A DNA stretch of 19,806 nt. Source: an uncultured archaeon. Lineage in GTDB: Archaea; Asgardarchaeota; Thorarchaeia; Thorarchaeales; Thorarchaeaceae. Made by a program: the position numbers and the translations under genes. The notes beneath the pieces are model-generated. The model worked only from the letters and a program-made list of their open reading frames with translations. It had not been told where the DNA came from and searched no databases. The number at the start of each line of letters is the position of its first letter. Positions within the stretch are counted from its first letter, which is position 1. The stretch is taken from NCBI GenBank assembly GCA_964631415.1, contig CAZVZC010000038.1, positions 1 through 19,806 on the forward strand, given 5' to 3'. This document shows positions 7,618 to 17,400 of this stretch, in pieces.

Positions 7618-8187
7618 GTGACTTCAGCAGACTGTCTACTTGCAGGCTGGATGGTCCTGAATGACCTGCTTGGCGATCTAAGGAGCAAAGGTGTGTTCAT
7701 ACCCGACCTCACCTACGCTGACCTGAGGAACAGTAAGATGTCCCTCGAGTATCTCAGGGCATTCGAGCATGAGATCTCCTCTGAGGACAGACAAGACGAA
7801 GAGCTGAGGTCTGAGATGGAACTGAGGATGCTCCGACTCAAGGAGACCCTGATGATCTGGGCTGAGCAGAAGGATGGTCAGACAGTTCGTCGGACTTGGG
7901 AGAGAAGATTCGATGATGCCACAGCGGGGAAGGGTCAGCGTCTGCCAGAGGAGCCCAAGACACCAATATCAGACCTGCCAAGAGAGAAAGACATCGCGTT
8001 CTTCCGCATTAGACTGCCTGACGAGATACCAGTTGAAGTCATCTCAGAACTCGCAGAGGACTGTCGCGTTCGCATTTCACTTGATGGTGACAGGCACCTG
8101 CAGGTGAGCGGCAAGAAAGAATGTGTGCGCGATGCCAGAAGACGCTTAGCTGGACTGTTCTACGGTGACAGTAAGCTAGGGCCTTAG
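7618..8187 (+). CDS. DUF2096 family archaeal protein
   Basis: WMVLNDLLGDLRSKGVFIP...DLRNSK and a C-terminal FRIRLP...L.VSGKKECVRDA pattern recalled for DUF2096. GTG 7618 follows AGGAGTGA; the ORF-track start at 7489 overlaps the small TM gene. Confidence 0.75.
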   Translation: MTSADCLLAGWMVLNDLLGDLRSKGVFIPDLTYADLRNSKMSLEYLRAFEHEISSEDRQDEELRSEMELRMLRLKETLMIWAEQKDGQTVRRTWERRFDDATAGKGQRLPEEPKTPISDLPREKDIAFFRIRLPDEIPVEVISELAEDCRVRISLDGDRHLQVSGKKECVRDARRRLAGLFYGDSKLGP

Positions 8188-8731
8188 AATAAGAGCGAGC
8201 TTGACTCATTGGAGAACCGCGTGTTGCGGAATATCATCATTTCTATGGACGTAGATGTGCTTGTATTATGCCCCTGTCGGTATGTCATGAACAACTACAT
8301 TGATTCACGGAGCATCACATACAGCACTGTTTTTTCGACTACGGCTTTGAACTTGTTTTGGCGCGCTCCTGCCGAATCGGTTACGGATATGGTTGCAGGT
8401 GATGCCATGAATTCGGGTTCCTTGTTGCCAAGCCTGTCTTCCAGAGAAGAGTGGTTTAGGGCTGCATCGGGTATCTTGGAAACTAACCGCTAGCGGTAAA
8501 GACAGACATTCCTGTAGTCAAGATCCCGCCATGACTCCTGTGAAGAGATAATCTAGTCGAGCCAGTACTATGTGTCGGGGGACTACCAAGACATCACAAT
8601 CCAAGCGGGCTCATAGAAGTCTTGACGGCAAGGGCACACGAGATGTCACTTACACGGTGTGGAACAACACACAAGAGAGTTATTCTGGGGGTGATACGCA
8701 GAGTGGATTGTCTTGGTGGAGGCAGAAAGCC

Positions 8732-10309
8732 GTGGTAAGGTTGACCACACTGGCATGCATAGCACTTCTAGTACTGGTCTTTGCTCCGAAACCTGTGATT
8801 GGAAACACTCCCATTCACGGTATGTATACGAATCATCACGGACCTCATCAAGCGGACGTACGGTGCCTACGCCTCCTGTCGCATGGTCCAATCGAGATAA
8901 TGGGGAACGAGGCGTTCGCATCGCAGGGCTGGCCTGGCAATGGGATCGAGAACGACCCGTACCGGATAGAGGGACTGAACATAACCACGATCGAAGCTTC
9001 GGCCATCGGAATATGGAACACCAGGGCCCACTTTGTCATCCGTGACTGCTTCCTCAATTGTGTTGGAAACCAGAGGAATCTCGTCCAGTGGACAAACGTC
9101 ACCCATGGGGCCATCGATGCCTGTTCGCTGGTGACTCCAGCTAGGTGCTTCTTCACCTCACACTGCACTTACATGACTATCAGCGACACGGACTTCTCTG
9201 CAGGAGGACAGGGGGGCTGGATCGAGTACTGTGATAGTCTGATCTTGGAACGGAACGAGGTCCAAGCAGTGGATTGGGGTTTCCGTCTTGAAACGGTTTC
9301 GAACATGGTCGTCACAGAGAACCGCTTTGTGGGATGCGCAGTCGGTGTCTATGTCAATGTTGCAGCCAAGACAGAGGCGACTGAAAACACGTTCATCGAT
9401 GGTATGGCAGGAATGCTCATCTACCCTGGTGCTGAGCTGTTCACTGCCAAGTCAAACACGTTCGAGAACCTGACGTCCGCAGCCATATGGCTTTCCACGC
9501 CTCTAATGGACTCTCTTTCCCACCAACAGAACAACGCAACGATTAGTATCCTCATTTGCGATAATGCGATTAGTCACTGTGAAGCAGGACTGCTATCGGG
9601 TGGCGGCTCATGGACACTTTTCAAGAACAACACTGTGGTGGACTGTGACAGAGGGGTGTTCCTCTCCGATTCGGTCCATATCCAAATCATCAATAACACC
9701 ATAGTTGGGACTAGCGACATTGCCGTGACCATCACCAACGAAGCCACAGGTCACCGAATCTTCGGGAACGTCATCTCGGGGAGTGGTGTGCACAACGCCC
9801 TTGATAACAGTGGCAACACGCAATGGGATGACTGTATCTCGATGGGCAACACATGGGACGACTACGACGGCTATGGAGTCCACTCGATACCGGGCTCGGC
9901 AGGCAGTGTGGACAGATGGCCTCAGAGGACTGGACCACCTTTCCTATGGATAGTTAACGAAACCGAGGCTGTCGTCGGCGAAACCAACAACAATCTTGTC
10001 TGGACGGCTTACGACTCGCAACCATCCTGCTTCGAACTGTTCAAGAATGGTACGATGATGGACTCAGGCACGTGGTACGGCGGAAACATCACCACCTCTC
10101 TGGACGGGCTTGAGATAGGTGTCTACAACTACAGCATGGTTGTCATGAACCTGCGGAATGAGAGCAGTCGGGCATGGACGCTGGTTCGAGTCATAAAAAC
10201 ATCCACATCCTCGCTGTCACTGGAATTGGTGGTGTTGACATCAATTGCTGCTTTGGTGGCAATTACATCTCTCTATGCGGTAGTTGTCAGAGCCAGGCTC
10301 CGTCCCTGA
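8732..10309 (+). CDS. Surface protein: right-handed parallel beta-helix (NosD/CASH-like) + Ig-like domain + C-terminal TM anchor
   Basis: HGPIEIMGN..F...GWPGNGIENDPYRIEGLNI N-terminal motif, repeated xxNxF/NNTI turns, GNTWDDYDG, an Ig-like WTAYD.QP..FELFKNG...GVYNYS segment, and a TM. GTG 8732 follows GGAGG and gives a signal peptide; ORF-track start is 8570. Confidence 0.85.
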   Translation: MVRLTTLACIALLVLVFAPKPVIGNTPIHGMYTNHHGPHQADVRCLRLLSHGPIEIMGNEAFASQGWPGNGIENDPYRIEGLNITTIEASAIGIWNTRAHFVIRDCFLNCVGNQRNLVQWTNVTHGAIDACSLVTPARCFFTSHCTYMTISDTDFSAGGQGGWIEYCDSLILERNEVQAVDWGFRLETVSNMVVTENRFVGCAVGVYVNVAAKTEATENTFIDGMAGMLIYPGAELFTAKSNTFENLTSAAIWLSTPLMDSLSHQQNNATISILICDNAISHCEAGLLSGGGSWTLFKNNTVVDCDRGVFLSDSVHIQIINNTIVGTSDIAVTITNEATGHRIFGNVISGSGVHNALDNSGNTQWDDCISMGNTWDDYDGYGVHSIPGSAGSVDRWPQRTGPPFLWIVNETEAVVGETNNNLVWTAYDSQPSCFELFKNGTMMDSGTWYGGNITTSLDGLEIGVYNYSMVVMNLRNESSRAWTLVRVIKTSTSSLSLELVVLTSIAALVAITSLYAVVVRARLRP

Positions 10310-10364
10310 GTGAGAGCATAAGAGAAGTGTATCCTCGTCATCTGCTGTAAGGTTAGAATCCAGA

Positions 10365-11240
10365 CTAAATCCCCAATGCTTCACGAATCGGATCCAGTGA
10401 AACCCTGTTCAGTTGAAGACCCAATCTGTCGGGGTCCAGACCCATGGCCAGACCAAGAACTTGGGTCACGAATAACGCGGGCAATTCAAGTGACTGACCA
10501 CGCTCGTCCCTCAGTCCGAGGGCCTGAACGTCAAACTGTGTGTGGCATGCAGGGCAATTGGTGACAATGCAACTTGCACCGGCCTCTTTCGCGGAGACCA
10601 TCTTCTCCTTCAAGACATTTGAGGCTACGGCTTCGCTGGCGATGAGCAGAGGTGAACCACAGCATCTCAACTTGAGCCCCCAAGGTATGCTCCTCGCACC
10701 AGTCAGCTCCAGCAGTTCATCGACCTTGTGAGGAAGCTCAGGGTCGTCGAAGCCAGCCACTTTCGAAGGTCGGAGAAGATGGCATCCCGGATGAAACGCG
10801 ATTCTGAGCCCTGTGAGGGGTTTCACGATTCTACCCTTGATCTCGTCCTTCATATCGTACAGGACCTCGACAAAGTGACGTATCTTGGCCTTACCGGTGA
10901 ACTTGAGCCCGAGTGCCGTCAGCGTCTTGTTAGTCGCTTTCCTTGCAACCTCGTCACAGTTCAAGATGTGAGCAGTGTCCTTTAGTGATCCAAAACAGCC
11001 ATTGCAGGGGGTGACTATGTCGTGTCCGCGCTTCTCCGCAAGTGCGATGTTCCTCCCCGACAAGGCAAGCCAGCTAGGTTCATCGATGGACTTCAGGACT
11101 ACCGTCCCACAACATGATGCCCCCTCGAAGTCCAGAAGCTCGACCTCCAGCTCCTTCGCCACCGCCCTCATGGACGCCTCATAGTTATTGAAACGGTTGG
11201 GGATTGCACAACCGAGGAACACCTCGTAGGTCTGAGTCGT
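10365..11240 (-). CDS. hdrB: Heterodisulfide reductase subunit B-like (two CCG domains)
   Basis: FLGC, SCCG, CNGC, HPGCH, RCCG and CPAC motifs; directly downstream of hdrC. Start uncertain (GTG 11222 or ACG 11240). Confidence 0.93.
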   Translation of the reverse strand, partial: TTQTYEVFLGCAIPNRFNNYEASMRAVAKELEVELLDFEGASCCGTVVLKSIDEPSWLALSGRNIALAEKRGHDIVTPCNGCFGSLKDTAHILNCDEVARKATNKTLTALGLKFTGKAKIRHFVEVLYDMKDEIKGRIVKPLTGLRIAFHPGCHLLRPSKVAGFDDPELPHKVDELLELTGARSIPWGLKLRCCGSPLLIASEAVASNVLKEKMVSAKEAGASCIVTNCPACHTQFDVQALGLRDERGQSLELPALFVTQVLGLAMGLDPDRLGLQLNRVSLDPIREALGI

Positions 11241-11241
11241 A

Positions 11242-11763
11242 TCACTCGCCCTCCTGGAGTTTCATGAGCCCGGTCTTGTCCAAGACCTTCCTTGTTTCGG
11301 CCACATCCAAAGGCGGCACCGGAGCCAAGCCGAGGTCATCTCGCTCCCAGTCAGTTGGTTCGTAGAGCTTGCCGGAGTCGTACAGTGCTTTGCGCGATGC
11401 AACATAGCCGGGTGGGTTAATGCCCTTGCGAAAGGCCATATTCTTGAGACCGAAGATTATGTCAGTGATGTCGATACCCTGAGGGCATCTCTGTTGGCAC
11501 TGGTAACAAGTTGTGCAAAGCCAGACCATGTCAGTCTTGAGGACTTCTTCAAGACCGAAGAGAAGCATCCTCATCAGCTGATGGACCTGCACGTTCACCT
11601 TGTCAGAAACGGGGCATCCGCCACTGCACTTGGCACATTGGAAGCATGCTGTGAGATCTTGACCACCTGTGAGATTCGACACCTCTCTGGTGAATTCGGC
11701 ATCAAGGGTTTCGAGCTTCCTGCCTTCAAGGGATTTGAGCTGGCCCCAGGTTTCAGTCGCCAT
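11242..11763 (-). CDS. hdrC: Heterodisulfide reductase subunit C (2x[4Fe-4S])
   Basis: CFQCAKCSGGCP and WLCTTCYQCQQRCPQGI. ATG 11763 follows GAGGTGG. Confidence 0.93.
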   Translation of the reverse strand: MATETWGQLKSLEGRKLETLDAEFTREVSNLTGGQDLTACFQCAKCSGGCPVSDKVNVQVHQLMRMLLFGLEEVLKTDMVWLCTTCYQCQQRCPQGIDITDIIFGLKNMAFRKGINPPGYVASRKALYDSGKLYEPTDWERDDLGLAPVPPLDVAETRKVLDKTGLMKLQEGE

Positions 11764-11804
11764 GATTCCACCTCGGAGCAATGACGGAGCCGACGGAAAA
11801 CCGC

Positions 11805-11930
11805 CCTCTTATATCAGTAGTGTCTTGGCCGCGCCGGGATTCACAGACGGCTCACAGGGTTCGGGCAAGGCCTAGAGAAACGACTATTGTTTAATAGCAA
11901 GGTGGGGCACAATAGTAAGAGAGGTATTAT
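11805..11930. promoter_or_regulatory. Divergent archaeal promoters (hdrC and scramblase-like gene)
   Basis: Minus-strand GATATAAG at 11808-11815, plus-strand TTTAATAG at 11890-11897, and GAGGT before GTG 11933. Confidence 0.5.
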
Positions 11931-11932
11931 CA

Positions 11933-12538
11933 GTGGAAGTAGGCAAAAGCACACCAGGTGGGCACCGTAACTTCAAGGTTGTTCAGAAAATCATAGCGGC
12001 GAGACCTGTCTTCGAGATATATGATGAGCAGACCGGTGAGAAGGTCGCAGTTGCAAGACAGACTTGGTTTAGCATCCTCAGGTCGACAGTCAACTTCGAG
12101 GATGCCCAAGGCAACAAGATCCTCACTGCAAAGGGAGGCTTCTTTGACAAGACCTTCTGGCTCAAGGATCGTGAAGGCAAGACCATTGCCAAGCTTACGC
12201 GGCCATGGATTGCTCTCCGCAAGAACTTCAAGATATTCTATCATGACGACGTGTTGAAAGCCCAAGGTGGACTGTTGGCATGGGGCTTTGAGGCTAACAC
12301 CAGCGTGGGTACGTTCGCCTTCCGGCTCGACAAGAAGATACTGGCGATCAGGGACCAGTTCCGCGTTTCTGTAGGGGACTACATGGAATGGCTACATGCC
12401 GTCGCGTCTGCTGTCGTTGTAGACAGGGTGTTCTTCAGAGGACGTAGCAGATGTGGATGCTGCATCTGCTTTGTATTCCTGTTTCTGGTCCTTTTCGGGC
12501 TCCTGATACTGGGCTCATTTCTTGGTGGCATGCCTTGA
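11933..12538 (+). CDS. LURP-one/scramblase (tubby C-terminal-like) family protein with C-terminal Cys cluster and TM helix
   Basis: FKVVQKII....FEIYDEQTGEKVA, repeated D.xGxxI hairpins, KKILAIRDQFRV and a terminal helix AVASAVVVDRVF, then RCGCCIC and a hydrophobic tail. Confidence 0.75.
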   Translation: MEVGKSTPGGHRNFKVVQKIIAARPVFEIYDEQTGEKVAVARQTWFSILRSTVNFEDAQGNKILTAKGGFFDKTFWLKDREGKTIAKLTRPWIALRKNFKIFYHDDVLKAQGGLLAWGFEANTSVGTFAFRLDKKILAIRDQFRVSVGDYMEWLHAVASAVVVDRVFFRGRSRCGCCICFVFLFLVLFGLLILGSFLGGMP

Positions 12539-12561
12539 ACTGCCACCCAGAGAACGGACGA

Positions 12562-12599
12562 CCTGTCTGGTCAGGGCCGCTCGGCCCTGGCCCGGCAGG
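12562..12599 (+). other. GC-rich RNA hairpin in the 3' flank of the scramblase-like gene
   Basis: cctgtctggtcagggcc-gctc-ggccctggcccggcagg: a 17-position stem with 2 G-U pairs and 1 mismatch. The G-U pairs favour the + strand. Confidence 0.6.
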
Positions 12600-12809
12600 C
12601 GATTGCGCTGTCCCCCAGTCTATCTCTTTCTGAGAAGGTTTGGTCCAAGCTTGTGAGCGAGTTCAAGAGCATACGCATGGCTTTCTTGGTCAGTCTGTCG
12701 CGCTATATGTTAAGGAAAAACTTCGATGCAAAACATTAAGCCTACTTCAGCTTCATCGAGTCACCAGTTGTGACCTTGCCTATCATCACTTCAGAAGGGT
12801 GGGCAATCC

Positions 12810-13451
12810 ATGGGCGCTTCTTGTGAATCGGATTCTGCGGTAGTCCTTTCAAAAAGGAAGGCTCTTGCTCTGATGGTTGTGGGGACACTCCTGCCCAGTG
12901 TAGCAATCTACATGAGGACTACCTCGGACTACCCTTACACCCGCACCATGGTCTTCGTGTTTGCACCCTTTTGGACATTGAACGCTTACCAGTACGACCA
13001 CCAATGGACCTCTTTTGAGCTCGGTTCAAACCCGCTCCTGCTACCGCCTAAAGGCGCAACTTGGTGCATATGGAGCCTCTATTACTTCGCCGCTTGGCTG
13101 GCTTTCGTAGTCGGTCTCGGGATTCTCCATAGAAAACCAACTCGAACAAGGATTCTGAAAGCGGTCATAATGCTGAACAGTGGTCCTGCATTGTTCTGGG
13201 GCTTGATTCTAGTAGGCCAGGTTTTCAGGTATGGGGCCCATGAAATTGTCTACCCCCTGCCCATTCCCATGCTGCCGTTCATTGGGCTCTATGTTCTTCG
13301 AGGTTGGAGATTCAGCTCGCCACCTATTGTGTCTGGAGAAATAGAATGCCCTTTCTGTCGGAACAGGTTCACCACTGGACCTGAGGGTGTTCGTATTGGG
13401 AAAACGGTGCGGTGTCTGAGGTGTGGAAAGACTCTGAAGGTGACAGGCTGA
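12810..13451 (+). CDS. Multi-TM membrane protein with C-terminal zinc ribbon, paralogue A
   Basis: 4-5 hydrophobic segments, YPLPIPMLPFIGLYVLR, then CPFC-x16-CLRC. Confidence 0.85.
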   Translation: MGASCESDSAVVLSKRKALALMVVGTLLPSVAIYMRTTSDYPYTRTMVFVFAPFWTLNAYQYDHQWTSFELGSNPLLLPPKGATWCIWSLYYFAAWLAFVVGLGILHRKPTRTRILKAVIMLNSGPALFWGLILVGQVFRYGAHEIVYPLPIPMLPFIGLYVLRGWRFSSPPIVSGEIECPFCRNRFTTGPEGVRIGKTVRCLRCGKTLKVTG

Positions 13452-13582
13452 GTGGAGAGTGTCGTGATTTGCCCAGCCAAATGCTGAAGAGAAAAGTCGA
13501 TGCAAGAGATTAAGTCTGGGTCAGTTGTTATTGAGTTAGCGGTTGTGGCTGCATGTTTCATCACAAAGGGGTGGAGTGATCT

Positions 13583-14221
13583 ATGACAGATTCGAGTCAA
13601 TCGGACACCTCAAGAGTAGCTGTTTCAACAAAGAGGGCTTTCACTCTGGTGGTTGTGGGGGCGCTCTTGCCCTCCCTAGCGCTCTACACGAGGAATCCTG
13701 TCAACTACTCAGACGTAATGCTATTTGTGTATGCCCCTGTTTGGACGATGGCTGCTTTTTGGTACGGCGACCACATGACATCTTTTGGACTCTTTCCAAA
13801 CCTTCTCCTACTATTGATTGGAGACCCCGAAGTGTATATGGGGGGCTTCTACTTCTTCATCACTTGGCTGGCTCTCGTGGTCAGCCTCTGGATTCTTCGC
13901 AGAAGGCCAAATCGAACGAGAGTCGTAGAAGCGACCATAGTGCTGAATGCTGCTTCTTCATTGCTCTGGGGCTTGGTTCTTATAGTTCAAGTCGCCCAGT
14001 GTGGGACTTCCGGACTTGGCTACCCCTTGCCCTTTCCCATTCTGCCGCTCATTGGGTTCTACATTCTTCGAAGATGGAGAACTAGCTCACCCTCTGTTGT
14101 GTCGGGAGAAATAGAATGCCCGTTCTGTCGGAACAGATTCACCACTGGACCGGAGGGTGTTCATATTGGAGAAACAGTCGGGTGTCCAAAGTGCGGTAAG
14201 ACTCTGAAAGTGACAGCCTGA
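13583..14221 (+). CDS. Multi-TM membrane protein with C-terminal zinc ribbon, paralogue B
   Basis: Same architecture with CPFC-x16-CPKC. The upstream motif tcgatgcaa..a.attaag is also duplicated. Confidence 0.85.
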   Translation: MTDSSQSDTSRVAVSTKRAFTLVVVGALLPSLALYTRNPVNYSDVMLFVYAPVWTMAAFWYGDHMTSFGLFPNLLLLLIGDPEVYMGGFYFFITWLALVVSLWILRRRPNRTRVVEATIVLNAASSLLWGLVLIVQVAQCGTSGLGYPLPFPILPLIGFYILRRWRTSSPSVVSGEIECPFCRNRFTTGPEGVHIGETVGCPKCGKTLKVTA

Positions 14222-14404
14222 GTCGATGGTATTCCGGTTTGTCGAGCCAAGACACATGACTTGTTACGGACTGGAATCGAACGCATTTGGACACCCATTG
14301 AGATTACTTCTGATTCAGCTCAGATGGACTCTCTGCTGCGAGTTTTCAAACCTCTTGCGCCCGGAAGGTACCAACCGGGTCACATTTCCGCTATTGATGC
14401 ATCA

Positions 14405-17400
14405 TCACCTTTGCCTAAGAGGACTGGGCCCCAGTTTGTCAGCCAGCTCAGACAGCTTTCTCACGGTGTCGGCCCAGATTGAACCCTCGCTTGCGCTGAT
14501 ATGAGTGAACTGCAGGCGCTCGGTTTCGAGCCCTGCCTTCTCAATGATCTTCTTGGCAATGGCAAACCGTCTCTCGAATGTCACGTTGCCATCCACATAG
14601 TGGCAATCACCGATGTGGCATCCTGATATCCAGACCATGTCCGCACCCATCCTGAACGCCTCAAGGATGTGAGTCACACTGACTCGCCCTGTGCACATGA
14701 CACGTATGTCGCGAACATTAGTCGGCTGCTGGAACCTTGAAACCCCTGCGCTGTCCGCACCTGCATAGCTACACCAATTACACACGATTGTGAGAATGCG
14801 TGATTGACTCGCAGGCGTGTCCTGAAGAGCCGAACGAATCTGTGCGAGAATCTGGTCATCGGTGAAGTGCTTCATCGTGATAGCACCACTGGGGCATCCA
14901 GCAGCGCATTTCCCACAACCTTGGCATAGAACAGGGTTTGACACGGCATAGTCATGGCCGCCCTCACCCGGCACGACCTCAATCGCGTTGTAGGCACAGT
15001 TGATCTCGCAGGTCCCACAGCCCACGCATACCTCTGGGTCCACGACAGAAACTATCGCCTCGGCCTTCCTTATCCCACTGACCAAGGGCACAAGGGCTCT
15101 TGCAGCAGCGCCCCGTCCTTGAGCGATTGCCTCGTCAATCGACTTCGGTGCAGTGGCAGTGCCAGCGACAAACACACCATCAGTCTGGAAGTCTACAGGC
15201 CTCAGCTTGGGGTGGGCCTCCATGAAGAAACCAGACATGTTGAGTGGCACCTTGAAGAGCTCTGAAACTTGCTTGTTTGTTTCGCGGGGGATCATGGCAG
15301 TGGCCAGAATCACGTAATCGACATCCAAGAGAAGTTTGGCCCCAAGTATCTGGTCAGTGACCTCGACCCTGAGTGCTTTGTTCTTCCCCTTCTTCACCTC
15401 TGGGGGAGAGTCCTTGTCAAACCTGATGAAGACAACACCCTTCTTCCGGGCCTCGCGGTACTTGTCCTCGGCTGCATAGGAAACCCTGAGGTCTCTGTAT
15501 ATGTGGAATACCCGTGAGCCGGGGTGTTTCTCCAGCAGCTCAAGCGTGTGTTCGAGGGCCACTGTACAGCATATGCCAGAGCACCATGTCCGGGCACCTT
15601 CGAGCGACTCGTCCTCGCGGGACCCTGCACAGTGGATGACTGCGAAGGTCTGGCCGTCCTGCACCGTCTCTTCTTGTCCGAGCCATTGGTTGAAATCGAG
15701 TTCTGTCATCACGCCGGCGAGCTTGTGTAGTCCATAGAGGCCCTTCTCGTCAAGCTGAACAGCTCCGGTGGCCACAACCACCACTCCGACCTTCAACTGC
15801 TTCTGCTTCTTCCCTGTCGTTACAATGACCTCAAAGTCACCAATCGAGCCTTTTGCCTCTGTCACATCGGAGCCGAGCATCAGCTCAATGTTGGGTGCGT
15901 TCTTGATCGAGAGCTCGTGTGCTCCAATGACTTCTGTAGCGGGCTTGAAATCGAAGCTCACAGTTCGCAGGTCTCTTAGTAGCCCTCCCACTCCCTTCTC
16001 CTTCTCGACCAGATAGACCTTGAAGCCCTTGCCGGCTATCAGCTCCGCGGCAGACATACCGGCGACCCCGGCCCCGATGACGAGGGCTGCGGGCTCCACC
16101 TTCGTTACCGCCTCTTCCTGAGGTTCCAGCAGCCTTGACTTGGCCACTGCCATTCGCACGAGGTCCATCGCCTTAGAGGTGGCCTCGTCCTTTACGGACT
16201 GGTGGATCCATGAGCAGTGCTCGCGAATGTTGGCCATCTCGAAGAGGTACTTGTTGAGGCCAGCCTGCTCGATTGTCGCCCTGAAGAGGGGCTCATGGGT
16301 TCTTGGAGTGCAGGACGCGACTACTACTCGGTTGAGCTTATGCTGCTTGATGGCGTCCTTGATGACGACCTGAGCATCAGATGAACATGAGTATAGCAGG
16401 TTTTGAGAGTGAACGACGTTTGGCAGTGTACCCGCATACCGGGTGACCTCAGCAACGTCTACGGTCCCAGCGATGTTGATACCGCAGGAACAAATGAACA
16501 CACCAATCCGCGGCTCCGCAGTCATGAGCTCGAGGTCTTTCTCTGTCAGGACCTCGGTCTCGGCGGCTTTAGGTATGACCACGTCAAGCGCAGCAAGCGC
16601 AGCAGCTGCACTGCCTTGCGTCACAGAGTCAGGAATGTCCTTTGGCCTATTCACAGTCCCACAGATGCTGATTCCGGGCACGCCTGACTGGACGCTATCA
16701 ATACGGTCGCTGAGGCCCTGTACAAAACCGTAATTGTCGACTTGGATGCCGAGCTCCTTGAAGAGAGCGCCATTCTCATTGGGGACCATCGCAGGACAAA
16801 GCACCACTAGGTCGTACTTGTCTTGCAGTACCTCCCGTCCCTTGGTGTCACTGTGTCGGACTGACAAGTCATGTGTTTCGTAGTCCTCGGCTACCTCGCT
16901 CGGCAGCCCTTTGACGTAGTTGATACCATACTCCTTCTCGCCCCGGACCAGAAACTCCTCGAAGCCCTTGCCAAAGGCACGCAGGTCATTGTGCAGTATG
17001 TCAATGTGTACGTCCGGTGTGTGCTCCTTTGTGATGATGGCCTCCTTCGTGGCATAAGTGCAGCAGATCCTAGAGCAGTAGGCACAATGATTCACATCGC
17101 GTGAGCCGACGCACTGTATGAAGGCGATATGATGGGGCTCTCGACCATCAGACGGACGCACTAGGACTCCTCCTGTGGGTCCACTTGCGGAGACCATCCG
17201 CTCATACTCAAGGCTTGTGACGACGTTAGGATACCGGCCATAGCCATACTCTGGTACAGTTGAAGCATCGAGTAGCGCGTAGCCAGTGGCGACAATCATG
17301 GAGCCTGCGTTGATCTCAACGGTTTCATCAGAGATCTCGAAGTTGATGGCCTGGGCCTTGCAGGTATTCACACAGGTCAGGCACTGGATGCAGTTCTCAA

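Noticed and set aside
8486-8497. 12-bp perfect palindrome ACCGCTAGCGGT
   Set aside because: Several of this length are expected by chance in 20 kb, and it has no supporting context.
8570-10309. True nitrous oxide reductase accessory protein NosD
   Set aside because: No nos genes nearby; the architecture is a generic membrane-anchored beta-helix surface protein.
12556-12605. SECIS element / selenocysteine recoding
   Set aside because: No AUGA core or apical AA, the GA pairs are out of register, and HdrA/MvhD here are uninterrupted Cys-containing frames.
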